64,000 bases of DNA from Octopus bimaculoides (lineage: Eukaryota): contig NC_068986.1 of NCBI RefSeq assembly GCF_001194135.2, positions 105,687,531 through 105,751,530 on the forward strand. Direction: 5' to 3'. How positions within the stretch are numbered: position 1 is the stretch's first letter; each line of letters starts with the position of its first letter. A model generated the notes under the pieces. That model searched no databases. It worked only from the letters and a program-made list of their open reading frames with translations, and had not been told where the DNA came from. The position numbers were made by a program, and so were the translations under genes. Of the stretch, positions 49,731 through 63,190 are shown piece after piece.

Positions 49731-50247
49731 TACTGTAATCTAAATAATAAGACAAAGAAATACTTTCGCACATCTTTTAATGATCAGTTACAACTNNNNN
49801 NNNNNNNNNNNNNNNNNNNNNNNNNNNNNNNNNNNNNNNNNNNNNNNNNNNNNNNNNNNNNNNNNNNNNNNNNNNNNNNNNNNNNNNNNNNNNNNNNNNN
49901 NNNNNNNNNNNNNNNNNNNNNNNNNNNNNNNNNNNNNNNNNNNNNNNNNNNNNNNNNNNNNNNNNNNNNNNNNNNNNNNNNNNNNNNNNNNNNNNNNNNN
50001 TATATATATATATGTATGTATGTATGTGTGTGTGTGTGTGCGTGTGCGTGTGTGTGTGCGTCCAAGATCGCTGACAACCGATGGTGGTGTGTTTACGTCC
50101 CCGTAACTTTGCCGTTCGGTAAAAGGACCCGATAGAATAAGTACTAGGCTTACAAAAGAATAAGTCCTGGGGTTGATTTGCTCGACTAAAAGCGGTGCTC
50201 CAGCATGGCCGCAGTCAAATAACCGAAGCAACTAAAAGAGAATAGAA

Positions 50248-50655
50248 GAGGGTGTTCAAAAAGTCTCTCCGCAGTAACTATTCTATTGCAGAATAAATAT
50301 TTATAAGATGGTATAAGACTACAAAAGAATATATTAGACTTTATAAGATTTTAAAAATCTTTATAAGAGGTGTAGAAAGTGTCGTCCTTCATTTTCAATA
50401 TAAGAGTTGACTCTTCTACACATGTTTTGAAATATTGGGGTGTCTGACTCAGTATGGACCGTGTGAAGGTTATGCTTGTGTATTTTACCTCATTAATGGT
50501 TTTAGGGGCGATTCTTGTACACAAAACCTTTACTTGCTCCCCAGTAAAAAAAAAAAAGTCGGTTTTAAATCAGGTGATCTTGGAGATCAAAGTCCATTTG
50601 AAAGAATCCGTTCGCCGAAAAATTCACTGCGGAGAGATGTTTTGAATAGCCTGTA
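50248..50655 (-). mobile_element. Internally deleted Tc1/mariner-superfamily element (rosa/maT-like C-terminus)
   Basis: Inverted ends GAGGGTGTTCAAAAAGTCTCTCCGCAG / CTGCGGAGAGATGTTTTGAATAGCCTGTA. Internal minus frame RSPDLKPTFFFYWG..KGFVY...P...EGRHF. Confidence 0.6.
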
Positions 50656-50996
50656 TTAAACATTAGAGAAACACTTGCATCAAACTGCTCTCTTGCATTG
50701 TGTACCAAACACGCTTCATATATACTTAGGTACATTCCTTCATGTCAGAAGAATGAGAAAGCAGTGCTCAAGGCATGTTGACGTGGGTGGAAGAAAAAAA
50801 ACTGTTTTTGTATCTTTTACATGACTCAGTCGTTAGACTGCTGTCATGCTGGAGCACTGCTTCGAATCTTAGTCGAACGAATTGATTTCAGTACCTTTAC
50901 TTTAAGCCCTGTACTTATTTTATCGACTCCACTTTGTCGAACCACAATGTTAAAGCGACGTAAACACACCAACGCTGGCGGAAAACAAAGACGCAT

Positions 50997-51057
<61 letters not shown>

Positions 51058-51195
51058 CAGAATAACCATCCGAAATTGCAAGGATAATCTGGATCTCGAC
51101 TGAAGAAAGAAAACTCCGAATGACCTGTCCGTGTTTTCTTTGTATCGTCCATCTGGATATTTTGCGTTCTTGTCCCATTCTGTATTATGTGTATA

Positions 51196-51248
<53 letters not shown>

Positions 51249-51992
51249 CCACGACGAGGTTCTTTCAGTTTCCGTCTAGCAAATCCACTCATAAGATTTT
51301 GTTCGGCTCGAGGCTATAACGGAAGACACTCGCCCAAGATATCGCACAACAGAGCTGAACCCGGAACCATGTGGTTGGGGAACAAACCTCTAACAACACA
51401 GCCACCACGCCAATATAAATGCGCGTGCGTACGTGTGTAGAATTAAGGATTGTGGTGACACTGGATATCGTTATGTCTAAGTGAAAGTGCTTCAAGAAGA
51501 GTTTTTTTCTGCATATTAATGAAGAACACGACAGGTTCTCGCGGATCTAATATGGCGTTATATATCTTTTAACGTTTTTTGTTTGTTTGTTTGTTTTTTG
51601 TGTTACTTGTTTCAGTCATTAGACTGCGGCCATGCTGGGGGGCATCGCCTTGAAGAATTTTTAGTAGCATGAATCGATCCTAGTACTCACTGGATACTGA
51701 GATTAATGCAAGCTTTTAGAAAAAGTTCCTGGATTGTTTTGCAGTTCAAATCACGCGAAAGACGTAATACCTATTAGGGTCATAGACCGTCAGGTAGGCA
51801 TAGAGACAGACAATCAGACAGGGAAGTTGTGAGATAAACAATGGACAAGACGGGCAGGCATACAGGTAGTCAGTGAGACAGACAGGCAGCTAGAAAGAGC
51901 ACGACAGAACGACAGACGATATGGAAAATGGCTGTTTAGTACTCATAATGATAATGCAGAGAGAGAGAGATACATATACATACATACATACA

Positions 51993-52214
51993 TACAAGGG
52001 AGGGTTGAAAGATTTCCGTCTTTAAGGATGTCGCGAAAGGCCTGGTTCTGGGCCCAACCTTCCGAGTTCTTTTACAGGTTAGAGAAAAACTGAAGGACCG
52101 CTGCAATAAATGTGCAAATCTGAGAAGGGAATATGTTCAATAAAATGATTAATTAATTGATCAACCTGTATTTTCTTTTACCCAAAGCCGGGAACTTTTC
52201 AGCACCGCCTTGTA
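51993..52214 (+). mobile_element. Mariner-derived MITE (~220 bp)
   Basis: TIRs TACAAGG..G.TGAAA; internal sequence resembles the end of a mariner transposase. Homologous copies at 54574-54800 (+) and 36895-37090 (-). Confidence 0.7.
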
Positions 52215-52289
52215 GGTAGGTAGACAGACAGGTAGGTAGAGAGATAGACAGGTGGAGAGGGACAGGTAGGTAGACAGGGATAGATACAT

Positions 52290-53614
52290 GCATAAATACA
52301 TAGATAGACAGATACATGCAGAGATAGATACATACAGATAGATATACGCATGCATAGATAAACAGATATGGATAGATAGATAGATACATTTCTTTTATTA
52401 GCCATACATGCATAGATAGATAGATAGAGGCATACATACATGCATAGATAGATAGATAGAGGCATACATACATGCATAGATAGATAGATAGAGGCATACA
52501 TACATGCATAGATAGATAGATAGTGGCATACATACATGCATAGATAGATAGATAGAGGCATACATACATGCATAGATAGATAGATAGAGGCATACATACA
52601 TGCATAGATAGATAGATAGAGGCATACATACATGCATAGNNNNNNNNNNNNNNNNNNNNNNNNNNNNNNNNNNNNNNNNNNNNNNNNNNNNNNNNNNNNN
52701 NNNNNNNNNNNNNNNNNNNNNNNNNNNNNNNNNNNNNNNNNNNNNNNNNNNNNNNNNNNNNNNNNNNNNNNNNNNNNNNNNNNNNNNNNNNNNNNNNNNN
52801 NNNNNNNNNNNNNNNNNNNNNNNNNNNNNNNNNNNNNNNNNNNNNNNNNNNNNNNNNNNNNNNNNNNNNNNNNNNNNNNNNNNNNNNNNNNNNNNNNNNN
52901 NNNNNNNNNNNNNNNNNNNNNNNNNNNNNNNNNNNNNNNNNNNNNNNNNNNNNNNNNNNNNNNNNNNNNNNNNNNNNNNNNNNNNNNNNNNNNNNNNNNN
53001 NNNNNNNNNNNNNNNNNNNNNNNNNNNNNNNNNNNNNNNNNNNNNNNNNNNNNNNNNNNNNNNNNNNNNNNNNNNNNNNNNNNNNNNNNNNNNNNNNNNN
53101 NNNNNNNNNNNNNNNNNNNNNNNNNNNNNNNNNNNNNNNNNNNNNNNNNNNNNNNNNNNNNNNNNNNNNNNNNNNNNNNNNNNNNNNNNNNNNNNNNNNN
53201 NNNNNNNNNNNNNNNNNNNNNNNNNNNNNNNNNNNNNNNNNNNNNNNNNNNNNNNNNNNNNNNNNNNNNNNNNNNNNNNNNNNNNNNNNNNNNNNNNNNN
53301 NNNNNNNNNNNNNNNNNNNNNNNNNNNNNNNNNNNNNNNNNNNNNNNNNNNNNNNNNNNNNNNNNNNNNNNNNNNNNNNNNNNNNNNNNNNNNNNNNNNN
53401 NNNNNNNNNNNNNNNNNNNNNNNNNNNNNNNNNNNNNNNNNCATGCATTGATACATAGAGGCATACATACATGCATTGATACATAGAGGCATACATACAT
53501 GCATTGATACATAGAGGCATACATACATGCATTGATACATAGAGGCATACATACATGCATTGATACATAGAGGCATACATACATGCATAGATAGATAGAG
53601 GCATACATACATGC

Positions 53615-53650
<36 letters not shown>
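52290..53650. repeat. 28-32-bp minisatellite (GATAGAGGCATACATACATGCATA...) spanning an N-gap
   Basis: 32-bp units left of gap 52640-53441; 28-bp ATTGATACATAGAGGCATACATACATGC units right of it. Confidence 0.92.
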
Positions 53651-53654
<4 letters not shown>

Positions 53655-54573
53655 GGATCTGATTCGTCAAGTAAGTTCTGTACTGAGAAACAAGTCAATG
53701 TTCTGTAAATATGTTGTCTCGTAAAGTTTAAAACCGACTTTCATTATCGTCGTAATTGTTTATACTCGCACTACAACGGCCTTCCGTAAAGGTAAAAACA
53801 TCATCTTTGACATTAATGTGTAATTAAGAGACAACAAAACATGTCTTATGAAAGGTAATAAGTTACAAAGTTTCGTGCAAGGATAGCGAGATGTATATAA
53901 AGTTAAAAATATTGTGCTCGGTGTTCATACTTGCTTGACAAGAGATTCCAATATCGGAAATTTTGGTAAAGAATATATGTACAATAGTAACGTAGCCACT
54001 TCTCTCGATATAACTTTATCACGACGCTGTCAGCTGAATAATATCAGCTAAACGTCATATGGTGACGAGTGTGAGAGGCAGAGGGAGAGTGTGAGAGGCA
54101 GAGGGAGAGCGTGAGAGAGAGAAATGAGAGAAAGAGGGGAGAAAAGAAGGGGAGTGTTGGTGAAAAGGTATGAGAAACGGCTGGGGAGAGAGGTGAGAGG
54201 GTGAAGAGACAAGCATAGAGAGTTGGTAGGGAAAGAGCAGCGGCAGAGACTGTGGTGGTGGTGGAGATAAGGCAGAAACGATGAGAGAGATATGTGTTAA
54301 TGTGAACAGGAGGTGCTGGTTGTGGGGAGAGGAGCAATAGGAATGAAAGCAAGGTTCAAAGAAACAACAAGCATGAGAAAGAAAGAGAGGGAGGGGAAGG
54401 CATAAAAAGAAGAGCATACCGATGTATTTGATGGTGGTGGTGGTGTTGAAAGAACTGCTTGACAAAACGGTGGGAGGAGTTGTTTATATACATGTACGAA
54501 TATGTACAGATATGTATGTATTTACAGGACATGCACAAAGTTTTTAAACTTCAAAAATTTATGACGAAAATCT

Positions 54574-54800
54574 TACGAGGGGGTGGGGCTGAAAAGTTCC
54601 TAGCTTTAAGGGTGTCGCGAAAGGCCTGGCTGGAGGGCCCAAACTTTCGAGTTCTTTTACAGGGCTTAGAAAAACTGAAGGACTGTTATAAATAAGTGTG
54701 TGAATCTGTGAGGGGAATATGTTGAATAAAATCGTAATTAGCTGATCCTCCGGTATTTTCTATTATCCAAAGCCAGGAAATTTTCAGCACACTTCGCATA
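54574..54800 (+). mobile_element. Mariner-derived MITE, second copy
   Basis: Aligns by eye to 51993-52214 (GGTGTCGCGAAAGGCCTGG...AAAACTGAAGGAC...GGGAATATGTT.AATAAAAT). Confidence 0.7.
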
Positions 54801-54810
54801 TATGTATATA

Positions 54811-54968
54811 GGGGTGGCTGTGTGGTAAGTAGCTTACTTAACAACTACATGGTTCTGGGTTCATTCCCACTGCGTAGCACCTTGAGCAAGTGTCTTCTAC
54901 TATAGTCATCGGGCCGACCAAAACCTTGTGAGTGGATTTAGTAAACGGAAAACTGAAATAAGCCCGTC

Positions 54969-55051
<83 letters not shown>

Positions 55052-55232
55052 TAACATCGCTTGACAACCGATGCTGGTGTGTTTACGTCCTCGTAACTTA
55101 GCGGTTCAGCAAAAAAGACGGATAGAATAAGTACTAGGCTTCCAAAGAATAAGTCCTGGGGTCGATTTGCTCGACTAAAGGCGGTGCTCCAGCATGGCTA
55201 CAGCCAAATGACTGAAACAAGTAAAAGACTAA
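54811..55232 (+). mobile_element. SINE family B
   Basis: Near-consensus copy with a (TG)n expansion. Confidence 0.85.
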
Positions 55233-56063
55233 AGAGTATATATATATATATATATATATGCATATATCCATACACATATGTACGTACCTACATATATATG
55301 TATATATACATGCATATATGGGTACAGGACATCAAAAAAACGTTGAACAAAATGAGAAACGAAAACATAGAAAACGCACTTCTTTTCGAACAACGAAAAA
55401 AAAACAGAGAAACGAGACATGCAACATAAAGAGTATACCCCTTCGTCAGTTGTCCCTGTTTCATCGACTCCGCGAGACAAGAACGCAAAACATCCAGACA
55501 GTTCGGTGATACAAGAAAGGGACAACAAAACATCCAGATAGACGATACAAAGAAAACAAGGACATGTCATTCGGAGTTTTCTTTCATCATCCAATTTGCA
55601 ATTTCGGCTGGTTATACTCGATATTGCTCCAATCTGGCCAGCCCCAAGGAAAAACTAAGCTAAGAGGATTAGATTCCTTGGAAGAAAGCAGCGAATGTAT
55701 ACGAAAACAGGTCAGACAAAAAAACGAACAATGTTACACAAATACAATAAGAATAATAACAGGACATAACAACAGGTGTCCTTCGACTAAGGACGAATTA
55801 AATTAAGCTGGCGTGTGTGGAAATAAAGCTTTACAGCAGGGATACAAGATTTCACAAGCACAGGGAGGAATAACGATGTTGCACGCACAACGGCCAGCCA
55901 AGAAAGAAAGATCAAGCTTGGCCTAACGCCGGTCACGTGGGAAGAGAAGAGAGAGAGATATATATAGAGGCAAAGGGACAAAAGAATTAAGGTGGGCGAG
56001 AAAAAATGACAGGGACACAGTGAAGTGAAAAATGGAGGGAAAGTGAACAAGAAAAGAAGGCTA

Positions 56064-56266
56064 TATTTTTAAATAAGCTGAAAGCTTATAACGATCACCG
56101 TGGAATGACTAAGGAAATTAGTCTAATAAAGGGGCATATAAGCCCTTGACAGAAAAAAAAGGCTTTCCTAGCCTTTTTTCTGTCGAGGGCTTATATACCC
56201 CTTTATTAGACTTTTTCCTTAGTCATTACACAGTGATCGTTATAAGCTTTAAGCTTATATAAAATA
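56064..56266. mobile_element. Foldback hairpin element (~100-bp arms, ~5-nt loop)
   Basis: AAAGCTTATAACGATCAC...GACAGAAAAAAAAGGCT / AGCCTTTTTTCTGTC...GTGATCGTTATAAGCTTT. Confidence 0.75.
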
Positions 56267-56269
56267 CCA

Positions 56270-56356
56270 TTATTATTTACATTATTTACATTTGACGAAT
56301 ATTTGTTCTCACATTGTTAACACAACGTTTCGCCTGATATAACCTCCGGCCTTCAT
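56270..56356 (-). mobile_element. Family D 3' fragment, truncated inside the hammerhead core
   Basis: Minus strand ATGAAGGCCGGAGGTTATATCAGGCGAAACGTTGTGTTAAC...CAAATATTCGTCAAATGTAAATAATG matches the family D tail. Confidence 0.75.
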
Positions 56357-57130
56357 AATTCCTCATCTCTTAAATATGGAACTGTATTGCCATTATTATT
56401 GTTTACAGGATTGTAAATCACAGCGCCGTAATAGAAAAAAAAAACATTCGCACCGAAAGCATATATGTAATAAATGAAAAAATTCATAATAAATAAACGC
56501 CAGATTAAAAAACATATGGATTCAACCGGACGCTGAGGGTCCTTAATTCTTCATCAGTTGACAACGGACAACATAGTTGGTCGTCCTACCATTCCATAGT
56601 TGACCCTGACAGACTTCAGCCACATCCCTGCTGTATTCTTGCGATAATCTTTTCTTTGTAAAATTACGTTTCATTTGATGACTACGGTCTTTTGTAATGG
56701 AGTAATGTTCTCATTCTTCTATTAAAAATATGCAAAAGAAACAGCTGTAATGAGCTGACAATTATCCATCGTCTGCTATTATTCATTTGAAAATACACCA
56801 AGGGAATTTACGACTTGTCGGACACCCTAGAGTATACCAACAACGTACAATTCAAAGTAACGCATGACTTGGACCATTTCCTTACGCACTAAATACTCAT
56901 AGGGTTGGTTTCTCTGCGTACACAACCGAAATATCCTGATATTTTGACTTACCAACCATAGGCCAAAACCACGAAGATTATCCAGCCCTGCCTGGTGCAT
57001 ACCTTTTCAAGTACCTGATTCCATCCGAGTCCGCATTTCACTATACGTTTATGTGCGTGTGTGTGTATACAGCTGTCACTAAAGCGATGAAAGGTACTAG
57101 TAAGCACCAGCATTACTAAAAATGGTCAGC

Positions 57131-57164
<34 letters not shown>

Positions 57165-57673
57165 CAAATTAAAACATAGGGTAAAAAATCAGATATTAAT
57201 TAATATCGATTTATTACCAGGAAGCTAGCACATTTAAAGAATCAGAGAGATTCAGAAAAAATATCTGAGATCTTAGGGGATTAAAGTATATTTTTATATA
57301 TAATTATGACCACTAAAGTGGTCATTTAATGTGCTAGAAATAGACCACATGTTGTGTCTACTAAGACCTTATGGTTCTCAAACGAAATTCAGCAAAATAC
57401 NNNNNNNNNNNNNNNNNNNNNNNNNNNNNNNNNNNNNNNNNNNNNNNNNNNNNNNNNNNNNNNNNNNNNNNNNNNNNNNNNNNNNNNNNNNNNNNNNNNN
57501 NNNNNNNNNNNNNNNNNNNNNNNNNNNNNNNNNNNNNNNNNNNNNNNNNNNNNNNNNNNNNNNNNNNNNNNNNNNNNNNNNNNNNNNNNNNNNNNNNNNN
57601 NNNNNNNNNNNNNNNNNNNNNNNNNNNNNNNNNNNNNNNNNNNNNNNNNNNNNNNNNNNNNNNNNNNNNNAGC

Positions 57674-57707
<34 letters not shown>

Positions 57708-58083
57708 CAAATTAAAACATAGGGTAAAAAATCAGATATTAATTAATATCGATTTATTACCAGGAAGCTAGCACATTTAAAGAATCAGAGAGATTCAGAA
57801 AAAATATCTGAGATCTCTGGGGATTAATGTATATGTTTATATATAATTATGACCACTAATGATCACGCTCGGACGGTACTCTTAGCGCTCCACTGGCACA
57901 GGTGCCAATCATCGAATTTGGTTCAGTCACGATTGGATACAAATCAATTTATTAACATATTCACCAACAATCGTTTCATTTCACAATTAAGATTAATTAT
58001 TACAAAACGTATGTAGATATATAATCTTGCATTTTAAGTACCCTATCAGGAAAACCCTCATGGTGCTCAGAGAATAATAAGGA

Positions 58084-58131
<48 letters not shown>

Positions 58132-59300
58132 TCTGTATATTCCGAAAGTATCCTAATGATACTCATTGTCCTTTGAACATCATAATGATTTTCTTTATAA
58201 GGAATTTAAAGTACAAAATGATATATCTAGATATGTTTTTTCCTTATAAGGAATTTAAAGTGCAAAATGATATATCTAGATATGTTTTGGAATTTTAATC
58301 TTATTGGTGGAACAAAACAATTGTTGATAATTCATTCATTTGTAGCTAACAGATCTCTCTTCTAAATCGATAAAAATGTTTGATATCTTACAATATTCTA
58401 TATAATATATTCATTGAAGAATTATCTCTTCAAAATTTAATATATTAAACCAGCGTATCTTGGATAAATGTCCCTATAAGTGGTTGGAATATCTTTATTG
58501 TGACATATATATGGTTCATTTATACAGAAATCGAAAGACAAATGAAGGAACAACAAGCAGATGTATTAGTTCGACTATTTAACCGATTTTACTTTTTCTG
58601 GCAAAACTAATACTGCGTGGGAAATATCCTTTGGGTTGGAGTTGACGCCCCACTTCCGCTACCTGCATGAACATTTTCGCGCCGGTAGGCCGCGTCAGTT
58701 CCCGACTGCTGTGCCTAGAGTACAGACCTGTAGTGCGTGATCGGCTGCTTTTCGTTCACACCGAACAGAGATATTCCATAAAACTTGGCTGTTTTTTTTT
58801 TCTTTACCAGCCTCTGCTTTTGTAGGAATCGAACCCTGGAGCTGCCGCATTAGTGAACCAATTTAGCATCAAATTCAGCCTTCTGCCTCTCGTGAATTTG
58901 GCTACAAGATACTTAAAATTCTTTATTTGTTTCAGTGATGATCCGCTAACATGCAGAACGCAAGTTAGACTGGAGATCAATATACCAAGTTTTCGCTGTT
59001 ATCAACAGCATTACCACTCCTACCACCATCTCCACCATTATCTTCACTATCACACCTATTGTCATTGTTCTCGCGACTATCATAAAACGTTATCAACTAC
59101 AACAAAGCACAATGAACCATTGTGGTGTACCTCTACCTAGCGGTGTGGTACCCGAGAAATAACAGTCCAGTTTCCCTCAGATTACACCTAACTGCCTCGA
59201 AGTAACGCTTGTTGGTACTGGCAACTCAAGCGAATCGCTCAAGGTTTCACATGCTTGAAGACGTCACGTCATGTGTTTAGGGAACTTCAAAATAAAAGGG

Positions 59301-59637
59301 AGGAGGCGTGTCTGTGTGGTTAGAAGCTTGTTTCCTAACCACATGGTTCCGGGTTCAGTCCCACTGCATGGCACCTTGTGCAAGTGTCTTCTGCTATAAC
59401 CTCGGTTCAACCAGAGATTTGAGAGTGGATTTGGTTGACGGAGACTAAAAGCCCATCGTGTGTGTGTGTGTGTGGTAAAAGGCTTGCTTCCCAACAACGT
59501 AGTTCCGGGTTCAGTCCCACTGTGTGGCACCTTGGGCAAGTATCTTCTATAACCTCGGCTTTGGTCGACGGAAACTGAAAGAAGCCCGTCGTATATATGT
59601 ATATGCATGTGTATATATATGTGTGTGTATGTATATA
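59301..59637 (+). mobile_element. Two tandem family B heads
   Basis: Head sequence repeated at ~59301 and ~59470, running into a gap. Confidence 0.75.
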
Positions 59638-60167
59638 NNNNNNNNNNNNNNNNNNNNNNNNNNNNNNNNNNNNNNNNNNNNNNNNNNNNNNNNNNNNNNN
59701 NNNNNNNNNNNNNNNNNNNNNNNNNNNNNNNNNNNNNNNNNNNNNNNNNNNNNNNNNNNNNNNNNNNNNNNNNNNNNNNNNNNNNNNNNNNNNNNNNNNN
59801 NNNNNNNNNNNNNNNNNNNNNNNNNNNNNNNNNNNNNNNNNNNNNNNNNNNNNNNNNNNNNNNNNNNNNNNNNNNNNNNNNNNNNNNNNNNNNNNNNNNN
59901 NNNNNNNNNNNNNNNNNNNNNNNNNNNNNNNNNNNNNNNNNNNNNNNNNNNNNNNNNNNNNNNNNNNNNNNNNNNNNNNNNNNNNNNNNNNNNNNNNNNN
60001 NNNNNNNNNNNNNNNNNNNNNNNNNNNNNNNNNNNNNNNNNNNNNNNNNNNNNNNNNNNNNNGGTTTCGATTCCAGGACCGGGCAACGCGTTGTGTTCTT
60101 GAGCAAGACACTTCATTTCACGTTGCTCGCAAAAATGAGTAACCCTGCGACAGACTGGCGTCCCGTC

Positions 60168-60806
60168 TGCAATTTCCCCCCACCCCCACCCACGGGAGTT
60201 CCGGACCCCAACTATGAACTGATTTGCATACAGCCAATCAGAGCTCAACTAGTGTCCACCTAGTCACTAAAATACTCTGGTTGAGTTCAGTGGAAAATGT
60301 GCGTTATAGCAAAATCTAACTGTTCTAAACGGGTTAATAGGGGTAACAAATGTGAAATTTAGTGTATAAAGTGAATGGATAGCGAGAGAATGTAAATGAG
60401 AGTGTTTTCCTAATTTTTTAACTGATTTTGTACATTCCTAATTTAAAATGTTGGTGCTGATCTGGAAACATCGTAATCAACATGGCTTTGTGTCGTATTG
60501 CGCCCTCCTTGCATATATCAATGGGTACATGCAGTATCACTAATCTCAGTCTGAGCATAGGTACCTAAAGTTAGCACCATATAGAGATGGTGCTCAATTG
60601 ATCTATGAAGATGGTAGTGGGGGTGGAATGTGGTGCTTATATGAGACCTGCTATGCTGTACTCACAGTGTGGCATACACCATTCTATGCCAGACTGATTG
60701 TACTGTAGTAGTTACACAGTATGAGGATTTTCAAGATGAGCTCTGATTGGCTGTATGTAAATGAGTCCATTATTGGGGTCCGGAATTCTCGTGGGAAAAA
60801 ATTTCG
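60168..60806. mobile_element. MITE with ~60-80-bp TIRs and a 9-bp TSD (Mutator-like)
   Basis: CCCACGGGAGTTCCGGACCCCAA...CAGCCAATCAGAGCTCA (60189-60247) and its reverse complement (60737-60795). CGTCCCGTC at 60159-60167 and 60807-60815; the element interrupts a family E SINE. Confidence 0.7.
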
Positions 60807-62053
60807 CGTCCCGTCCAGGTTGGGAATACATACGCCATGGAAACCGGGTAACCAGCCCTCGTGAGCCTGGCATGCCTCGTGAAGGAAATATAAACATAAC
60901 TTAGTTGTTCGGCAGAAGAGACCGATAGAATAAGTACTAGGCTTACAAAGAATAAGTTTTGGGGGTCGACTGCTTCGACTTAAAACCCTTTAAAGCGGTG
61001 CTCCAGCATGGCCGCAGTTAAAATTACTGTAACAAGTCAAAGAATAAATTAATGAAATTAGTGTTTTTTGTTTTTAAATTGAATAAAATGGCCGAGTCGT
61101 TAAAGCGTTGGATAAAATATGCTGCAGTACTTGTTATGATACTTGTAATCTGCCTTTCTGAGTTCAAATTCAACTGAAGTCAAACTTCGAATTTTTTTAT
61201 ATTTTTTATCCTTTTGTGGCTGATGGTAGATTGGTGGAACTGTATACAGGGGTGAACCCAGGATCAAAAGTTGGGTGGAGGGCGAGCACATGGAAAAAAG
61301 GTACTGTGACACATATCAAACACTTCTTAATTCTTTGATTATATATTTTATAAATGGTGCCAAAAGTGTGCTCGGAAGGAACGGTCGCTTCCCTTGCTTC
61401 CCTGTTATTTACGCCACGGACTGTATGAATATCCGGAACTATTTGTTCCGAGCTGTCTGCGCTCTGAGATAAATCCCCCCGTGTAGCCTTTAAAAAGCAT
61501 CCTCGTCAAATCGCAGGCCCTGCATGGAGAGTAAGGCAAATCCTCAAAACTAAGACCAATAGCTAATAAATGATTCTGGGCTGAGTAGAGGAAAGGGCGA
61601 ATCTTCCAGCTGGAGCAATATGCGATCAACTGAATATTTCAATGACTGACAGCAGAGTGAAAGAAAGAATTACAGAAAAGATTAATTAATTAATGAGTAA
61701 ATGAAGGAAGGAAGGAAGGAAGAAAAGCATGAATGAAAGGTTTTATTCTTATATTTACTGATCCTCTTTGTTTTTAAAAAAAATGTTATGTGTGGTAAGA
61801 AGCTTGCTTCCCAACAGCATATATCGGGGTTCAATTTCACTGCGTGGCACCATAGGCAATTGTCTTCTACTATAGCCTCAGGCCGACCAAAGCCTTGTGA
61901 GTGGATTTGGTAGACGGAAACTGAAAGAAGCCCGTCATATATATCTCAATAATTTTAAATAAAAGGGTAAAATTAATTAGTTAATTACTCAATTATTTAA
62001 GAATTTTACCAAGTAGTTCGATACGTTAAAATAACCTTTTTAGGTAAAATTAT

Positions 62054-62293
62054 ACAAATATTCTATAATTATAAACATAATTATAATTAGGTGTCAGCTA
62101 ATTGTTCGCCACGCACCGAATTTAGAAATAGGAGTTAAAATGCCTTTTCCTCTACCAAAAAAAGTGTTACTGTCTGGGAGATTTTTTATGGTAGCGGAAA
62201 AGGCATTTTAACTTCTATTTCTAAATTCGATGTGTGGTGAAGCAATTAGCTCACCCCTGATTATAATCATGTTTATAATTATAGAATATTTGT
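62054..62293. mobile_element. Foldback hairpin element (~110-bp arms)
   Basis: ACAAATATTCTATAATTATAAACAT...CTACCAAAAAAA and its reverse complement. Confidence 0.72.
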
Positions 62294-62573
62294 GGGTATA
62301 TATACACACATAATATTATATATATATATATATATATATAAGGTTTACAATTATTCAACTATCACTCTCTCATCCAAACATATATTAACTGTTTAGGTCT
62401 TAAGTATAAAGAAATATGAATATTATTCTATGCTAATTTAGTTAATTGTAAGATAGAAATTAAAGTGTAATAAAATGTTTTAAAAGAAAACTGAAGTGCC
62501 TACATGATAATCGTAGGCCTACTTTTAGGCCACCCTGTGTGTGTGTATGTAAACATGTATGTATATATAAATA

Positions 62574-62619
<46 letters not shown>

Positions 62620-62974
62620 AATATAATATACATATGTATTTGTATGTATATATATGTATACATATATATGTGTATCCCTACCACCACTGCTTGACAACCG
62701 GCGAAAGAGACCAATAGAATAAGTTTCAAGTTTTTAAACAAATAAAAACTGGGTCAATACATTCGACAAAAATGTCTTCAAGGTAATACCCCAGCATGGC
62801 CGCAGTCTAATGAATGAAACAGGTTAAAGGTAACAATATGGACTTGTAAGCGCAGCAGGCACGGTTGTGAGGTTAAGAACCTTGTTTTGAAACCCCGTGT
62901 TTCTAGGCTGAGTCTCACTGCGCAGCTACAGTGGGCAAATGTCTTCTACTATAGCGCTCGACTGACCAATGTTT

Positions 62975-63190
62975 TTTTTTTTCTACATTAAGCACAAGGC
63001 CCGAAATTTGGGGGGGAGGGGGTTAGTCTATTAGATCGCCTCAGTACACAACTGGTACTTAATTTATCGACTCCGAAAGGATGAAAGGCAAAGTCGACCT
63101 CGGCGGAATTTGAACTCAGAACGTAACGGCAGACAAAATACCGCTAAGCATTCCACCTGGCGTGCTAACGTTTCTGCCAGCTCACCGCCT
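62975..63190 (-). mobile_element. Family C SINE
   Basis: Near-consensus copy. Confidence 0.83.

Noticed and set aside
61275-61630. Short ORFs and potential acceptors in unique sequence
   Set aside because: No recognisable domain and no consistent exon chain.
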